Notes under the pieces: model-generated
Told to the model about the DNA's origin: nothing
What the model saw: only the letters and a program-made list of their open reading frames with translations
Database searches by the model: none
Shown here: piece by piece, positions 42,299 through 52,501 of the stretch
How positions within the stretch are numbered: the stretch's first letter is position 1
Layout of the letters: every line of letters begins with the position of its first letter
Program-made: the position numbers and the translations under genes
Assembly: GCA_977017575.1 (NCBI GenBank)
Contig: CDRNVI010000012.1
Location: 372,001-436,000, forward strand
Source: Paramoeba atlantica
Lineage: Eukaryota; Protista; Discosea
Reading direction: 5' to 3'
Length of the DNA stretch: 64,000 nucleotides

Positions 42299-43603
42299 TT
42301 ACAATGTATTTTTTCTTGTCCTAAATTTACTTTTTGAATGCGCCGAGTCACGACGACGCCGCCAATTGCAAAATTCCGCACATAGTTCGGTCTTGATTAC
42401 GCACCACATCCTTTTCTTGGACTCGACGATGCGTTGTCTAATTCCGTTCTTGTCCACGAAAGCGCGATGTTGATCATCTATCATTGCCTCAACACTCACG
42501 TAACGCTTCTGGCAAAATTCGTAAAACTTATGGTTCATTATGGAACATTTCGGGTCGTATAAAAATTCATGACGTAAGTAACTTTCTGGATAAAAGTACT
42601 GCAAAGATATACCAATCTCAGCCAGGCGGTCGCGCCAGTGCCTTATTTCCTTCGGAGGTGCTTCCATCCATTGATTCCATGCAACCTGCCGTGAAACAGG
42701 CCATACCTCCTTCTCCTTTAAATCCTTGCAGTACAAAGAAAATGCTGTAGGAGGGATTTCCAATGGAAAGAAAGGGAGTTTCTTTAGATATACTCCAAAA
42801 CCTTTGTCCGTATAATGTTTGAAACGTTCCTGAAGTTCCTTTAACTGCATAGCGGCAAGAGAGAAAGTTTGGATATCCTGTTTGTACATCCTCAACAATA
42901 TTGATTTTATCCCTTTCCACAAACCTACATTATCGCGTCCAAAAAAACGGGCGTCCGCGTCTTCTAACAGTTTCTCTGCTTCTTCATAATTCTTGCAAAC
43001 GAAATTGTAAAAGTCATGATTCTGCCTGGGATTCATTTTGTCATAAGGCTGATCAGAATTGGGAGTTTCGGGTGAGAAATACGGGAGTGATGGTCCACGG
43101 GTAATAGCGTCATGTCGGAACGATTTTCGACGGCCTTCCTCCATATTTTTCCACATACTAAATCGTGTTGAACGTTCCCACCCAATAACACCCCATGAAA
43201 ATAATGTAAATCCTACTATTGGCGTATTAGGCTTTACAAAAAAAGAGTGCGTTTGATCCTTGCGCCCCCTCTTTCCCTCAAAATGTGTTGAAAGCACCTC
43301 AAAATCGTCCTGCAGTTGGCCCTTTTGCTGAAGGTCACGAGAAAGATTATGATAAAATCTCTCACGTGTCGTAGCAGTACGCGGTGTATGTCCAGGCATG
43401 AAAGATGTATTCTCATCTGTGTCTATGGACTCAGTCGTGTTTTCAGCTCTAAATTCCTTCTGTAAAGTCTCTTTGTATATAGCTTTCTGTAAGGTTAAAG
43501 TTTCTTGTCGTTCATGTTGTCGATTTCGGAGGTAGGTATTAATAAAATCTGTCGACGACGACGTAGAACGAGGTAGGGAAAAGCGAAAGAAAGTGCACCT
43601 CAT
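42299..43603 (-). CDS. Hypothetical mitochondrial-type protein with a degenerate HMG-box-like segment
   Basis: Presequence-like MRCTFFRFSLPRS; PPTAFSLYCKDL...AWNQW...EIRHW. Confidence 0.7.
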   Translation of the reverse strand: MRCTFFRFSLPRSTSSSTDFINTYLRNRQHERQETLTLQKAIYKETLQKEFRAENTTESIDTDENTSFMPGHTPRTATTRERFYHNLSRDLQQKGQLQDDFEVLSTHFEGKRGRKDQTHSFFVKPNTPIVGFTLFSWGVIGWERSTRFSMWKNMEEGRRKSFRHDAITRGPSLPYFSPETPNSDQPYDKMNPRQNHDFYNFVCKNYEEAEKLLEDADARFFGRDNVGLWKGIKSILLRMYKQDIQTFSLAAMQLKELQERFKHYTDKGFGVYLKKLPFFPLEIPPTAFSLYCKDLKEKEVWPVSRQVAWNQWMEAPPKEIRHWRDRLAEIGISLQYFYPESYLRHEFLYDPKCSIMNHKFYEFCQKRYVSVEAMIDDQHRAFVDKNGIRQRIVESKKRMWCVIKTELCAEFCNWRRRRDSAHSKSKFRTRKNTL

Positions 43604-44196
43604 TTTATCAACTTTTGTATGAGAAATTACGGATCTAGTGGTGTGGATGGAGGTATTAAAGGGAATTAAACTCCAACGTTATCTTGGCATGTCCTTTGAA
43701 ATTCCAATACAGTAGTGTAAGTAAAGCAAATTAATTTAGGACACAGTAAGTAAAGATTATTTCATGATACTATATTTTACTGAATATTACTATAAATTTT
43801 GTCAAGAGACTCGCGAACCAAAACTTAACAAAGGTTGCGACATCCAGAAATGCGATTAGTAACATTCAATCAGCAAATCAAAACTTAACAAGGAATAAGA
43901 AAGCTCGATATAATAGCTTGAACGAGACAATCGACGGTATTATAATTGTTATTTAAAATTTATTATTCCCAAAGCGCTCCCAGTACATTCAACCTGGGGG
44001 TATACTTATCAATTATCAATATCGTGCGAATAATGAAGAATTTCAGCTCAAAAAGTGTATTAATCTTTCGTTCATCAAATTACGAACCACAAAAATAATT
44101 AATATGTACCAACTTTCAATATTCTTAACTAAATATTCCAAGTGTCACCTATGAAGAATGTTTACACTGTGCAACAGTGTATTTTACGCCACTTCG

Positions 44197-45228
44197 TTAA
44201 TAGCCTTTACTCAAATCAACTAGGTATTCAGGAAGCTTGCCGCTCTCTACGTAAGTTTGAGCCAGTTGTACGAACTGTTCCGCGGCCTCCTCGAATGCCT
44301 TTTTCCCAAGATCAGCATTATGAAACGTCATCAAGAGCTTGTCATCCGGCAAGTCCCACACCGGGCTGGACTCTGGCAGCGGCTCCGGTTCAAAAACATC
44401 CAACGCCGCACCACGAATCTGACCCGTCTGTAACGCCTCCACCAAATCGCCCTCATGTACCGTAGACCCACGGCCAATATTCACCAGCACCGCACTTTTC
44501 TTCATACGCTCAAAATGCTCCGCACGAAGAAAATTCACCGTATGCTTCGTATGCGGCAACACCACCACCACAAAATCACTCTCCTCCAAAACCTGATTCA
44601 ACCCCGCTTCCCCATGCAGCTGTTCCACCCCGAGATCATCCGGGGACGGCACCGGGGAGCGTCGGTACCCCAGCACCCGCATCCCCAGCGGCGCCACCAC
44701 CTTCGCCACCGCGCGGCCAATATTCCCGTACCCGATCACCCCGAGCGTGGAGCCCCGCATCTCCTCATTGGTAAACCGCTCCCACAGGTTGTGCCTCCGG
44801 TGGTACTGCAGCCGTACCACCTGTTTGTGAAAGTACAGACAGCTGAGCAGGACGTGCTCCGCGAGGAGCGGGGCGTAGGGGCCGCGGGCGTTGCTTAGGG
44901 GGGCGTGCAGGAGCTGCGCCAGCCGCGGGGGGTCGAAGGCGTCGACCCCGGCGAACAGCGAGTGCACCCAGGCGACGGTGGCGCCGTGGGGGGCGAGCCG
45001 CTGGGTGTGGAAGGCGTGGAAGATGTCGGTGGCGGCGGGGTCGCCAAAGGCGAAGACGTAGCGGTCCGGGGAGGTCTTGGATAGTTCGGCGGAGAAGTCG
45101 GAGAGGGTGCTGCCGATGACGATGTGGGAGAAGAGGGAGGGGGAGGTTTTGGAGAGGATGCCGCCCATGTGGGTGAGGAGGGCGGGACTGATGATGGCGA
45201 TGAGGGTGAGGGGGAGGGGGGCGGGCAT
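44197..45228 (-). CDS. D-isomer-specific 2-hydroxyacid dehydrogenase
   Basis: GVIGYGNIG, LPHTKHT, VNIGRG, AALDVFEPEPLP; start may be ATG 45168. Confidence 0.92.
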   Translation of the reverse strand: MPAPLPLTLIAIISPALLTHMGGILSKTSPSLFSHIVIGSTLSDFSAELSKTSPDRYVFAFGDPAATDIFHAFHTQRLAPHGATVAWVHSLFAGVDAFDPPRLAQLLHAPLSNARGPYAPLLAEHVLLSCLYFHKQVVRLQYHRRHNLWERFTNEEMRGSTLGVIGYGNIGRAVAKVVAPLGMRVLGYRRSPVPSPDDLGVEQLHGEAGLNQVLEESDFVVVVLPHTKHTVNFLRAEHFERMKKSAVLVNIGRGSTVHEGDLVEALQTGQIRGAALDVFEPEPLPESSPVWDLPDDKLLMTFHNADLGKKAFEEAAEQFVQLAQTYVESGKLPEYLVDLSKGY

Positions 45229-45415
45229 GGGGAGAGGAGGGGAGGGGAGGTAGGGAGGGGATAGGGAGAGGGTAGTTTTGGAATTCGTGGGTACAGGAAA
45301 ATGCGAAGTAAAACATAAGTGTTTTATATCCGAATTTTGACCAAGTGAAAGAATTCAAAAAAAGAATGTGCACAACCGTGACATCTGCAATCCTACGCAT
45401 TTCTTGGCAGTAGCA

Positions 45416-45781
45416 TCACGCCTCTCTGCTCAACAGTTCAATTTGCGTCTCTGCTGCTTTTCGCATATCCATGAAAGCATCCATCTGTGCGGCTGCAATT
45501 TCCCTACGTGTCAATGTTTGTGTAAGACGCCGGTTCAATTCGTCCCATTTTGAGGCACAGAACTCCAAACACTTCTTTTCTTTCTCGTCTTCTTTCAGAC
45601 GATTCATTACATGTTTCTTCTGGCGTTCGTTGGTGTACAAATCACTTAAATCGACGCACTTGGAGAGACAACTCTCAACTGGTGCATTGAGCATTGTATT
45701 TCGGAGGCGTACCTGGGACAACATTTGGTACGCAGTCATTGTGTTGCTTTCAAATGAGGTGGGAGGCGGCAAGGGCTGCAT
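45416..45781 (-). CDS. Small Tim-like twin CX3C protein
   Basis: CLSKC and CLEFC motifs; ATG 45781. Confidence 0.65.
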   Translation of the reverse strand: MQPLPPPTSFESNTMTAYQMLSQVRLRNTMLNAPVESCLSKCVDLSDLYTNERQKKHVMNRLKEDEKEKKCLEFCASKWDELNRRLTQTLTRREIAAAQMDAFMDMRKAAETQIELLSREA

Positions 45782-45920
45782 CACTTGAAAGAAGTTCGTA
45801 GAAAGTTAGTAAAAAGCACGAGATTTCAATAATGACAATAACCTATTCCCAAAAGAACATTCCAAACTACTCATTCCAAACTAGAAAATGTACCCATGGC
45901 AAAAACTTTGTGCAGTAAAA

Positions 45921-46385
45921 CTAAGTAAATGAGGCATGTAGCGTATTTAATAAAGTTCTTAAAATTTTTCTTTCCAGTAAAGTTAGCTGCTGAAAAGCGT
46001 CGTCAGAGTGCTTGGAATCAAGCGCAAAAAGAGCTATAATATATCTCCGAATCCGATTCATAGAAAATCTCGGGTTGTTTTTCAGCGTCAAAATTTCTCC
46101 GTTCCTCTTGTCTTCCGTGCTTACGGATTCTGCTTCACCGACATTATCTCGTTCCTCTTCTTTTCGAATAGCCCGCTCACAAGCTTCCAGTAGTTCTGGA
46201 GTTGGTACCGGTACGTTTCCTGACGGAACATATCCCCTCGTCGCGTGTGAAGCTCTATTCGATAGCGTGCTAAGTTGTTCATACAACATGTATTCCTCTA
46301 AAAGGGCCTCAGTCGTCAGAAACGCGGAAGCACACTCTAAGCCTTCTGGAAATTTCCAGTTCCGCAGGAAATTTGGGTCATCCAT
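45921..46385 (-). CDS. Hypothetical protein
   Basis: 154-aa ATG ORF. Confidence 0.6.
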   Translation of the reverse strand: MDDPNFLRNWKFPEGLECASAFLTTEALLEEYMLYEQLSTLSNRASHATRGYVPSGNVPVPTPELLEACERAIRKEEERDNVGEAESVSTEDKRNGEILTLKNNPRFSMNRIRRYIIALFALDSKHSDDAFQQLTLLERKILRTLLNTLHASFT

Positions 46386-46734
46386 GAATTGTTCTATTCA
46401 GTCGGTTGAGGAAAAAGGTCAATGTTCGCTTTTAAAAAGTATCTCACAAAGTATACCAGTTCTAGAACTATGAAAAGTGTACTAAACTTAAACTTAATGT
46501 TCGTAAATGCGGTTGTGATGGCTGAAGAATGTTCATTTAAGATTGTACAATTTGTAATCTGAATTGCAAGTTAATTTCACTATTTAAAAGGTGGAAGCTC
46601 TATTTCTTCGATGCAAATGACCAAAGGTATGGTACTGAGTGACACCTTACAGTGTACTACACTGCCTTCACTGTATGATAGAATGAAAGGCGCTCGTACC
46701 AAACAGAGTACGTTTCCTTTTGTCATAATATCAG

Positions 46735-48135
46735 CTAGGGAACACCAAGAAGCATTTTCAAGACGAGATTTAGTCTTGTGCAACGTTGCGAGGATGTTGG
46801 CGTTCTGTCCCGTTTGCCATGCAAATACAACAACGTCTTAATTATAGAATCAATAAAAGGATTCGATGGTACGTTTTCATTTGGCGATATGCCTTCATCT
46901 TCTATATCAAGTAGTTTGAGAATCGGAGCACGTCGTAACATCGTGTTACCAGTCGGCGTGTCAATATAAATCATCTCTTTCGGAAGGGATGTCAAGCAAG
47001 CTGAAATAGAAATATCTTCAGGGAGTAAAACTGTACCCCCTTTGTGGCACATCTGCTCTTCTAACGCAGTGGTATCAGATGATTCGAGGCTAAACTTCAC
47101 ACTCTGTACCGAGGCCGGTGGAGTAGTAGCGTTCAAAGGGGGAATGACAGAGTTGTCTTTCTTATCCGTATCATTCGAAGGAGGTGAATTGTTTTTAGGT
47201 TCCGAGGTTTCGTTGCTAACATAGAGTATTGGTCCGTCACACGTGGATTTTGCCACCCCAACAGGCCACACATTGCGTTCCTCCAACGAGAGGCTATCGC
47301 TTCTTTTTAGGGGTGTCAAAAGAGGCCGCACCATTTGACATAGTGAATCATCATTTTCCTGGCGCAGAAAAGTATGACGAAGCAATTGAGCCGACGATGG
47401 ACGCGAACTCGCTCTTGGGTGTAAACAACACCGCAGAAAACTTCGAAAGGAAACACTCCAGCGTTGTGGTCTGGAGAGTTTTGGCAGAGTCCCTGACCGA
47501 ATCTCCATTAAAGCTCGAGGAGAGGGCATACGACTGTGAGGCGGAGAACCCTCTGCCATTTCAATCGCCGTGATTCCCAAACTCCATATGTCAATTTTTT
47601 GGTCATATTTTCCCTCTCGCGCCATCTCGGGTGCCATCCAACACGTGGTGCCGGCGCACCCACTCGTCGGTGTACTGGTGTTTTGGATGGCGGAACCAAA
47701 ATCTCCAAGTTTTATTCTGTAATCGCCCGTCAACAGAATATTACTACACTTTACATCTCGGTGTATGATGCCTTCGTTGTGCAAATAACACAGCGCACTT
47801 ATTACAGCTTTGCAAATACTTGCAATTTCACATTCACTTAAGGTCCTCTGCAGGGAGTTCATGATTCGCTCTAAACTGCCATAGGCACAATATTCTGTGA
47901 CGATCCATGTCGAATTTGTGTCTTGGAAGGAACCGTACCACTGCAATATATTTGGATGATGACAACGCTGAAGCAAACGCGCCTCTTGAAATTCCTGTAA
48001 TCTGTTGTCATCAGTCTCTAGGTGGGGGAGGAGCTTAACTGCGTAAATGTTTCCGGTTTCCTTTTCCCGCACTTTGCAAACTGTACAGGTTGCACCATTA
48101 CCTAGAGTCTCAAGAATGATAAAAGTCTTGGTCAT
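46735..48135 (-). CDS. STE20/MST-family Ser/Thr kinase
   Basis: GNGATCTV, AVK, IHRDVKCSNILL, DFG, GTTCWMAPE, WSLGITAIEMAEGSPP. Confidence 0.93.
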   Translation of the reverse strand: MTKTFIILETLGNGATCTVCKVREKETGNIYAVKLLPHLETDDNRLQEFQEARLLQRCHHPNILQWYGSFQDTNSTWIVTEYCAYGSLERIMNSLQRTLSECEIASICKAVISALCYLHNEGIIHRDVKCSNILLTGDYRIKLGDFGSAIQNTSTPTSGCAGTTCWMAPEMAREGKYDQKIDIWSLGITAIEMAEGSPPHSRMPSPRALMEIRSGTLPKLSRPQRWSVSFRSFLRCCLHPRASSRPSSAQLLRHTFLRQENDDSLCQMVRPLLTPLKRSDSLSLEERNVWPVGVAKSTCDGPILYVSNETSEPKNNSPPSNDTDKKDNSVIPPLNATTPPASVQSVKFSLESSDTTALEEQMCHKGGTVLLPEDISISACLTSLPKEMIYIDTPTGNTMLRRAPILKLLDIEDEGISPNENVPSNPFIDSIIKTLLYLHGKRDRTPTSSQRCTRLNLVLKMLLGVP

Positions 48136-48280
48136 CCATCAAATACTGACATAACCCAACACTAAAAAATGCACTTCTACCCAGTTTTGTTTTCAAAACC
48201 TTTACTCGTTCAGACATACAAAGTAAAAATACAAACCTGTCAAAAAATACAAAATTTGGTTCCGAACAAAATGTCGTACA

Positions 48281-48898
48281 CTACGTATGTTCCTTATAAC
48301 GCACTTTCAAAGGAAGGCCGTGTAGCACGGAGCCATCCAGCAGCTCACACGCTTTTTCGCAATCCCCAGGACTCGAGTAGGTGACGTAGTACGTTGCTGG
48401 GCTCTTACCTAGAGGGTCAAACAAGTGATCGCGGTGAATACTACGTACCGCGCCCACGGTCTCACAACATTTTCGTAACTCATTAAAAGGTACATGTACC
48501 ATTACATTCGTAATCCTTACGGTTGTTTCGGGTAAGATCTGGTAAGGGGGCAAAGCGCCCTGTTCGAGCTCAGTGAGTCGTTGATGCACGTCATTCGCCA
48601 AGGTGTTATAACTAGACAAAATCTCCTCGTGCGTGGCACGCACCTTTTTTAGATCCTCCTGGAGTTGTGTGGCTTTTTCCCGAATCTCGAGTGCGGTGCG
48701 TTGTTGCTGAAGAAGTGGGGACCAGGCTTCCTGTAGGAGTGTGTTGACACCTCTTACCCAGGAGGTGTGCTGAACTTTTTTGGTGTGTTTGTCGTTATGT
48801 GGTGTACTGGGCTTCCCTTCTCGTCTACAAATTCGAGATGCGAAAATCATAAAATCATGTATGTAACGAAAAATGCGAAGTATGTAAATGCTTAACAT
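48281..48898 (-). CDS. Coiled-coil + C-terminal RRM protein
   Basis: TVRITNV...ELRKCCETVGAV...YYVTYSSPGDCEKACELLDGSVLHGLPLKVRY. Confidence 0.7.
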   Translation of the reverse strand: MLSIYILRIFRYIHDFMIFASRICRREGKPSTPHNDKHTKKVQHTSWVRGVNTLLQEAWSPLLQQQRTALEIREKATQLQEDLKKVRATHEEILSSYNTLANDVHQRLTELEQGALPPYQILPETTVRITNVMVHVPFNELRKCCETVGAVRSIHRDHLFDPLGKSPATYYVTYSSPGDCEKACELLDGSVLHGLPLKVRYKEHT

Positions 48899-49110
48899 AC
48901 GTTGGTAAGAAGCATTATATCACATCTTACTTCTATATAATACTGTATATGCGCTTCATCTTATCAAACTACTTTTTTTACAAATTTGAATTTGGCAATC
49001 GCTTTTTTATTAAGGATTATTCTTCCGTATAGAGGATGAGATAACTTTGGACATGTACTTTGAGGAATTGAAATATTCAGAATTTAAATAAAAGTAGAAG
49101 ACATGATCTC

Positions 49111-49596
49111 TCAAGTTTCAGCCTGTGAGAAAGGATTGTTCTCCGATCGATTAAATAAATTTTCTCTAAAATACTGACTCCTATCTTCGTGTTTCACTGC
49201 CTTGTAAATATCACGCAAGCTGCTAATTGCGTGAGCTACTAGTAGCTCTCGTTTGTTCCGTTTGATGTTGTTAAGGTGTGAAGGATTCATCTCCAAAACG
49301 TCCCCAGATAACAAGGGTCTTTTATTGATCGGTCGACGCGTTCGATCCTTTCTTCTCATTTTTTGAGATATTTCCACTTTAGTTTTCAGAGATAAATTCT
49401 CTAGCGTGGATCCGAACTGAAAACCTTCCTCAAGAGTTTTAACGTTGCTATCAATGTTTTCGGAAGATGGAATAACGTAGTTTTCACTATTCTCACTGTT
49501 GCCACGACCTTGTTTACTTCGTCCCCGCTTCGTAATTTGCGATCGCTTGAGCCTTTCCTCTCGTGATAACTTCGCTTTGCGAGTACTCTTAACCAT
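49111..49596 (-). CDS. Basic hypothetical protein
   Basis: 161 aa, K/R-rich. Confidence 0.6.
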   Translation of the reverse strand: MVKSTRKAKLSREERLKRSQITKRGRSKQGRGNSENSENYVIPSSENIDSNVKTLEEGFQFGSTLENLSLKTKVEISQKMRRKDRTRRPINKRPLLSGDVLEMNPSHLNNIKRNKRELLVAHAISSLRDIYKAVKHEDRSQYFRENLFNRSENNPFSQAET

Positions 49597-50033
49597 GTTT
49601 AAAAAAGATTCAGAAATTCTGAATCAGAATTCACGAAATAAATATTTAGTAGTTTTATAGATATTTAGTTTTATAAATATTTAGATATTTAGATATTTAT
49701 GATACTCCTTACTCCTAGTTGAATGAGAGGTCTACGCAGATGATAGATACAGTAACTCAAAAAAGTGTTCAAATGTTTCGACATTTTTTAATGTTTTTAT
49801 TTTTTACCAAAGAGAATCAGAGGATAATGCTGTAGTATATGGTAGTAGTGTAGGCTGGGGTAGTGCTTATATCCCCACGTACTTTGAGTTCATCAACGAT
49901 CTTACTACGAAAAACTATGAAAGATATAATGTCAGTCCAACATATGAACACTTTTTTGACTTTTTTTCGGACACGTTTTTTTATAGGAAAACGTTCTACT
50001 GCTTCACCCTTAATGGACCAAAATGGTTTAGAC

Positions 50034-50973
50034 TTAATACTTAGTAAGTCCCCCCTTCGCCCTGATGACTGCCCTCAAACGACGGGGCATGCTTTGGACA
50101 AGAGGGAGGCATGCACTTGGAGGAACTTTCGCCCATGCTTTTTGGGCCCGTTCCCATAACTCGATCATTCCTGCGGGTGGGTCGGGGTAATCTGCCGTTG
50201 CCTTTTTCAGTTCAACCCATAGGTTTTCTATGGGGTTTAAGTCGGGAGACTGAGGGGGCCAGTCAAGCACACACAGCTCCTGCGAATTTAAAAAATCCCG
50301 AGCCTTCTTACTCGTGTGCTTCGGATCGTTATCCTGTTGGAAGACGATCCGATCCTTCGTGACACTCAGCTTTTGTAGGGAAGGGGGCAAATTTTGTTGC
50401 AGTATTTGAACGTACTGCTCGGCGTTCATATTCCCGTGAACCAGCTCAATGGTTCCCACACCGTGCTCCATCATGCAACCCCATATCATGATGGAGCCGC
50501 CACCATACTTGAGCGTACCTTGTGTGTTTCGCTCAGACAGCTCCTCCCCAAAGTCTACCCAAACCCACCGGCTACCATTCGACTCGAAACGGCAGATCTT
50601 CGTTTCATCCGTGAAAAGTACACGGCCCCAGTCGGCGTGCGTCCAATGCTCGTACTTTCTTGCAAAAGCAAGACGTAGAGCCTTGTGACGTTTCGTAAGG
50701 TAGGGCTTCTTGACCCTCTTCTTTCCCTTCATACCACGCTTACGAAGGGAAACCCGAATGGTTTCCGGGCAAACATCCGCAATACCTTCGTCTCTCAACC
50801 TTTTGCTGGCGGCAACTGCGTCTTTTGTGGCGCCGCTAGTGATGAGACGGCGGAGGCGCCTACGGCAAGTATCACTCAGCTTACGTGGGCGACCGGTTGG
50901 TTGTCTAGATAGCGATGGAAGATATTTATTTTTAATGCGGCTGACATTTCCTACGCTTAAGTTTAAATCGGCG
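50034..50973 (-). pseudogene. 5'-truncated Tc1 transposase copy (left arm)
   Basis: Same translation as the right copy from AADLNLS onward; lacks the start codon. Confidence 0.9.
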
Positions 50974-51033
50974 TAGAATGTAGAAAATAGAGCAACTTGG
51001 TTTTATTCTCCTATTGTAGATCTTTGTTCTACT

Positions 51034-52062
51034 ATGCACAGTACACCGAGTTATTTACGAAAGATTGCTATTGAAAAACTTGAAAACGGATCTTCACTTC
51101 GTAGAGTGATTTAAACTTAAGCCGCCGATTTAAACTTAAGCGTAGGAAATGTCAGCCGCATTAAAAATAAATATCTTCCATCGCTATCTAGACAACCAAC
51201 CGGTCGCCCACGTAAGCTGAGTGATACTTGCCGTAGGCGCCTCCGCCGTCTCATCACTAGCGGCGCCACAAAAGACGCAGTTGCCGCCAGCAAAAGGTTG
51301 AGAGACGAAGGTATTGCGGATGTTTGCCCGGAAACCATTCGGGTTTCCCTTCGTAAGCGTGGTATGAAGGGAAAGAAGAGGGTCAAGAAGCCCTACCTTA
51401 CGAAACGTCACAAGGCTCTACGTCTTGCTTTTGCAAGAAAGTACGAGCATTGGACGCACGCCGACTGGGGCCGTGTACTTTTCACGGATGAAACGAAGAT
51501 CTGCCGTTTCGAGTCGAATGGTAGCCGGTGGGTTTGGGTAGACTTTGGGGAGGAGCTGTCTGAGCGAAACACACAAGGTACGCTCAAGTATGGTGGCGGC
51601 TCCATCATGATATGGGGTTGCATGATGGAGCACGGTGTGGGAACCATTGAGCTGGTTCACGGGAATATGAACGCCGAGCAGTACGTTCAAATACTGCAAC
51701 AAAATTTGCCCCCTTCCCTACAAAAGCTGAGTGTCACGAAGGATCGGATCGTCTTCCAACAGGATAACGATCCGAAGCACACGAGTAAGAAGGCTCGGGA
51801 TTTTTTAAATTCGCAGGAGCTGTGTGTGCTTGACTGGCCCCCTCAGTCTCCCGACTTAAACCCCATAGAAAACCTATGGGTTGAACTGAAAAAGGCAACG
51901 GCAGATTACCCCGACCCACCCGCAGGAATGATCGAGTTATGGGAACGGGCCCAAAAAGCATGGGCGAAAGTTCCTCCAAGTGCATGCCTCCCTCTTGTCC
52001 AAAGCATGCCCCGTCGTTTGAGGGCAGTCATCAGGGCGAAGGGGGGACTTACTAAGTATTAA
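51034..52062 (+). pseudogene. Tc1 DD34E transposase, full length but for a 12-bp insertion carrying two in-frame TAA
   Basis: ATG 51034 MHSTPSYLRKIAIEKLENGSSLRRV[I*T*]AADLNLS..GRPRKLS..FTDETK..QDNDPKH..SPDLNPIENLW..AKGGLTKY; 34 residues between D2 and E. Confidence 0.92.
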
Positions 52063-52501
52063 GTCTAAACCATTTTGGTCCATTAAGGGTGAAGCAGTAG
52101 AACGTTTTCCTATAAAAAAACGTGTCCGAAAAAAAGTCAAAAAAGTGTTCATATGTTGGACTGACATTATATCTTTCATAGTTTTTCGTAGTAAGATCGT
52201 TGATGAACTCAAAGTACGTGGGGATATAAGCACTACCCCAGCCTACACTACTACCATATACTACAGCATTATCCTCTGATTCTCTTTGGTAAAAAATAAA
52301 AACATTAAAAAATGTCGAAACATTTGAACACTTTTTTGAGTTACTGTATTCATCAGATGTACAATAGGCTATCAAATTAGAGACAACAAGCAATTTGTAC
52401 CTTTCATCTAACAGTCCACATCATATCTTGTAGAAGATGGATGATGACATGTGTATCAAACTAAAAGTTACGAAAAGTTCGTCCTTCAATCATCGAGTCT
52501 A

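Larger units (their letters stand above)
49750..52346. mobile_element. Palindromic (fold-back) Tc1 element: two inverted 1,224-bp arms around a 149-bp spacer, TA target duplication
   Basis: TA|CAGTAACTCAAAAAAGTGTTC ... GAACACTTTTTTGAGTTACTG|TA; mirrored coordinates sum to 102096 throughout; mirrored ORFs identical. Confidence 0.95.

Noticed and set aside
51109-51120. Stop-codon reassignment or micro-intron explaining the in-frame TAAs
   Set aside because: Other ORFs here, including this transposase, end at TAA; the 12 bp has no splice signals and exactly duplicates adjacent sequence
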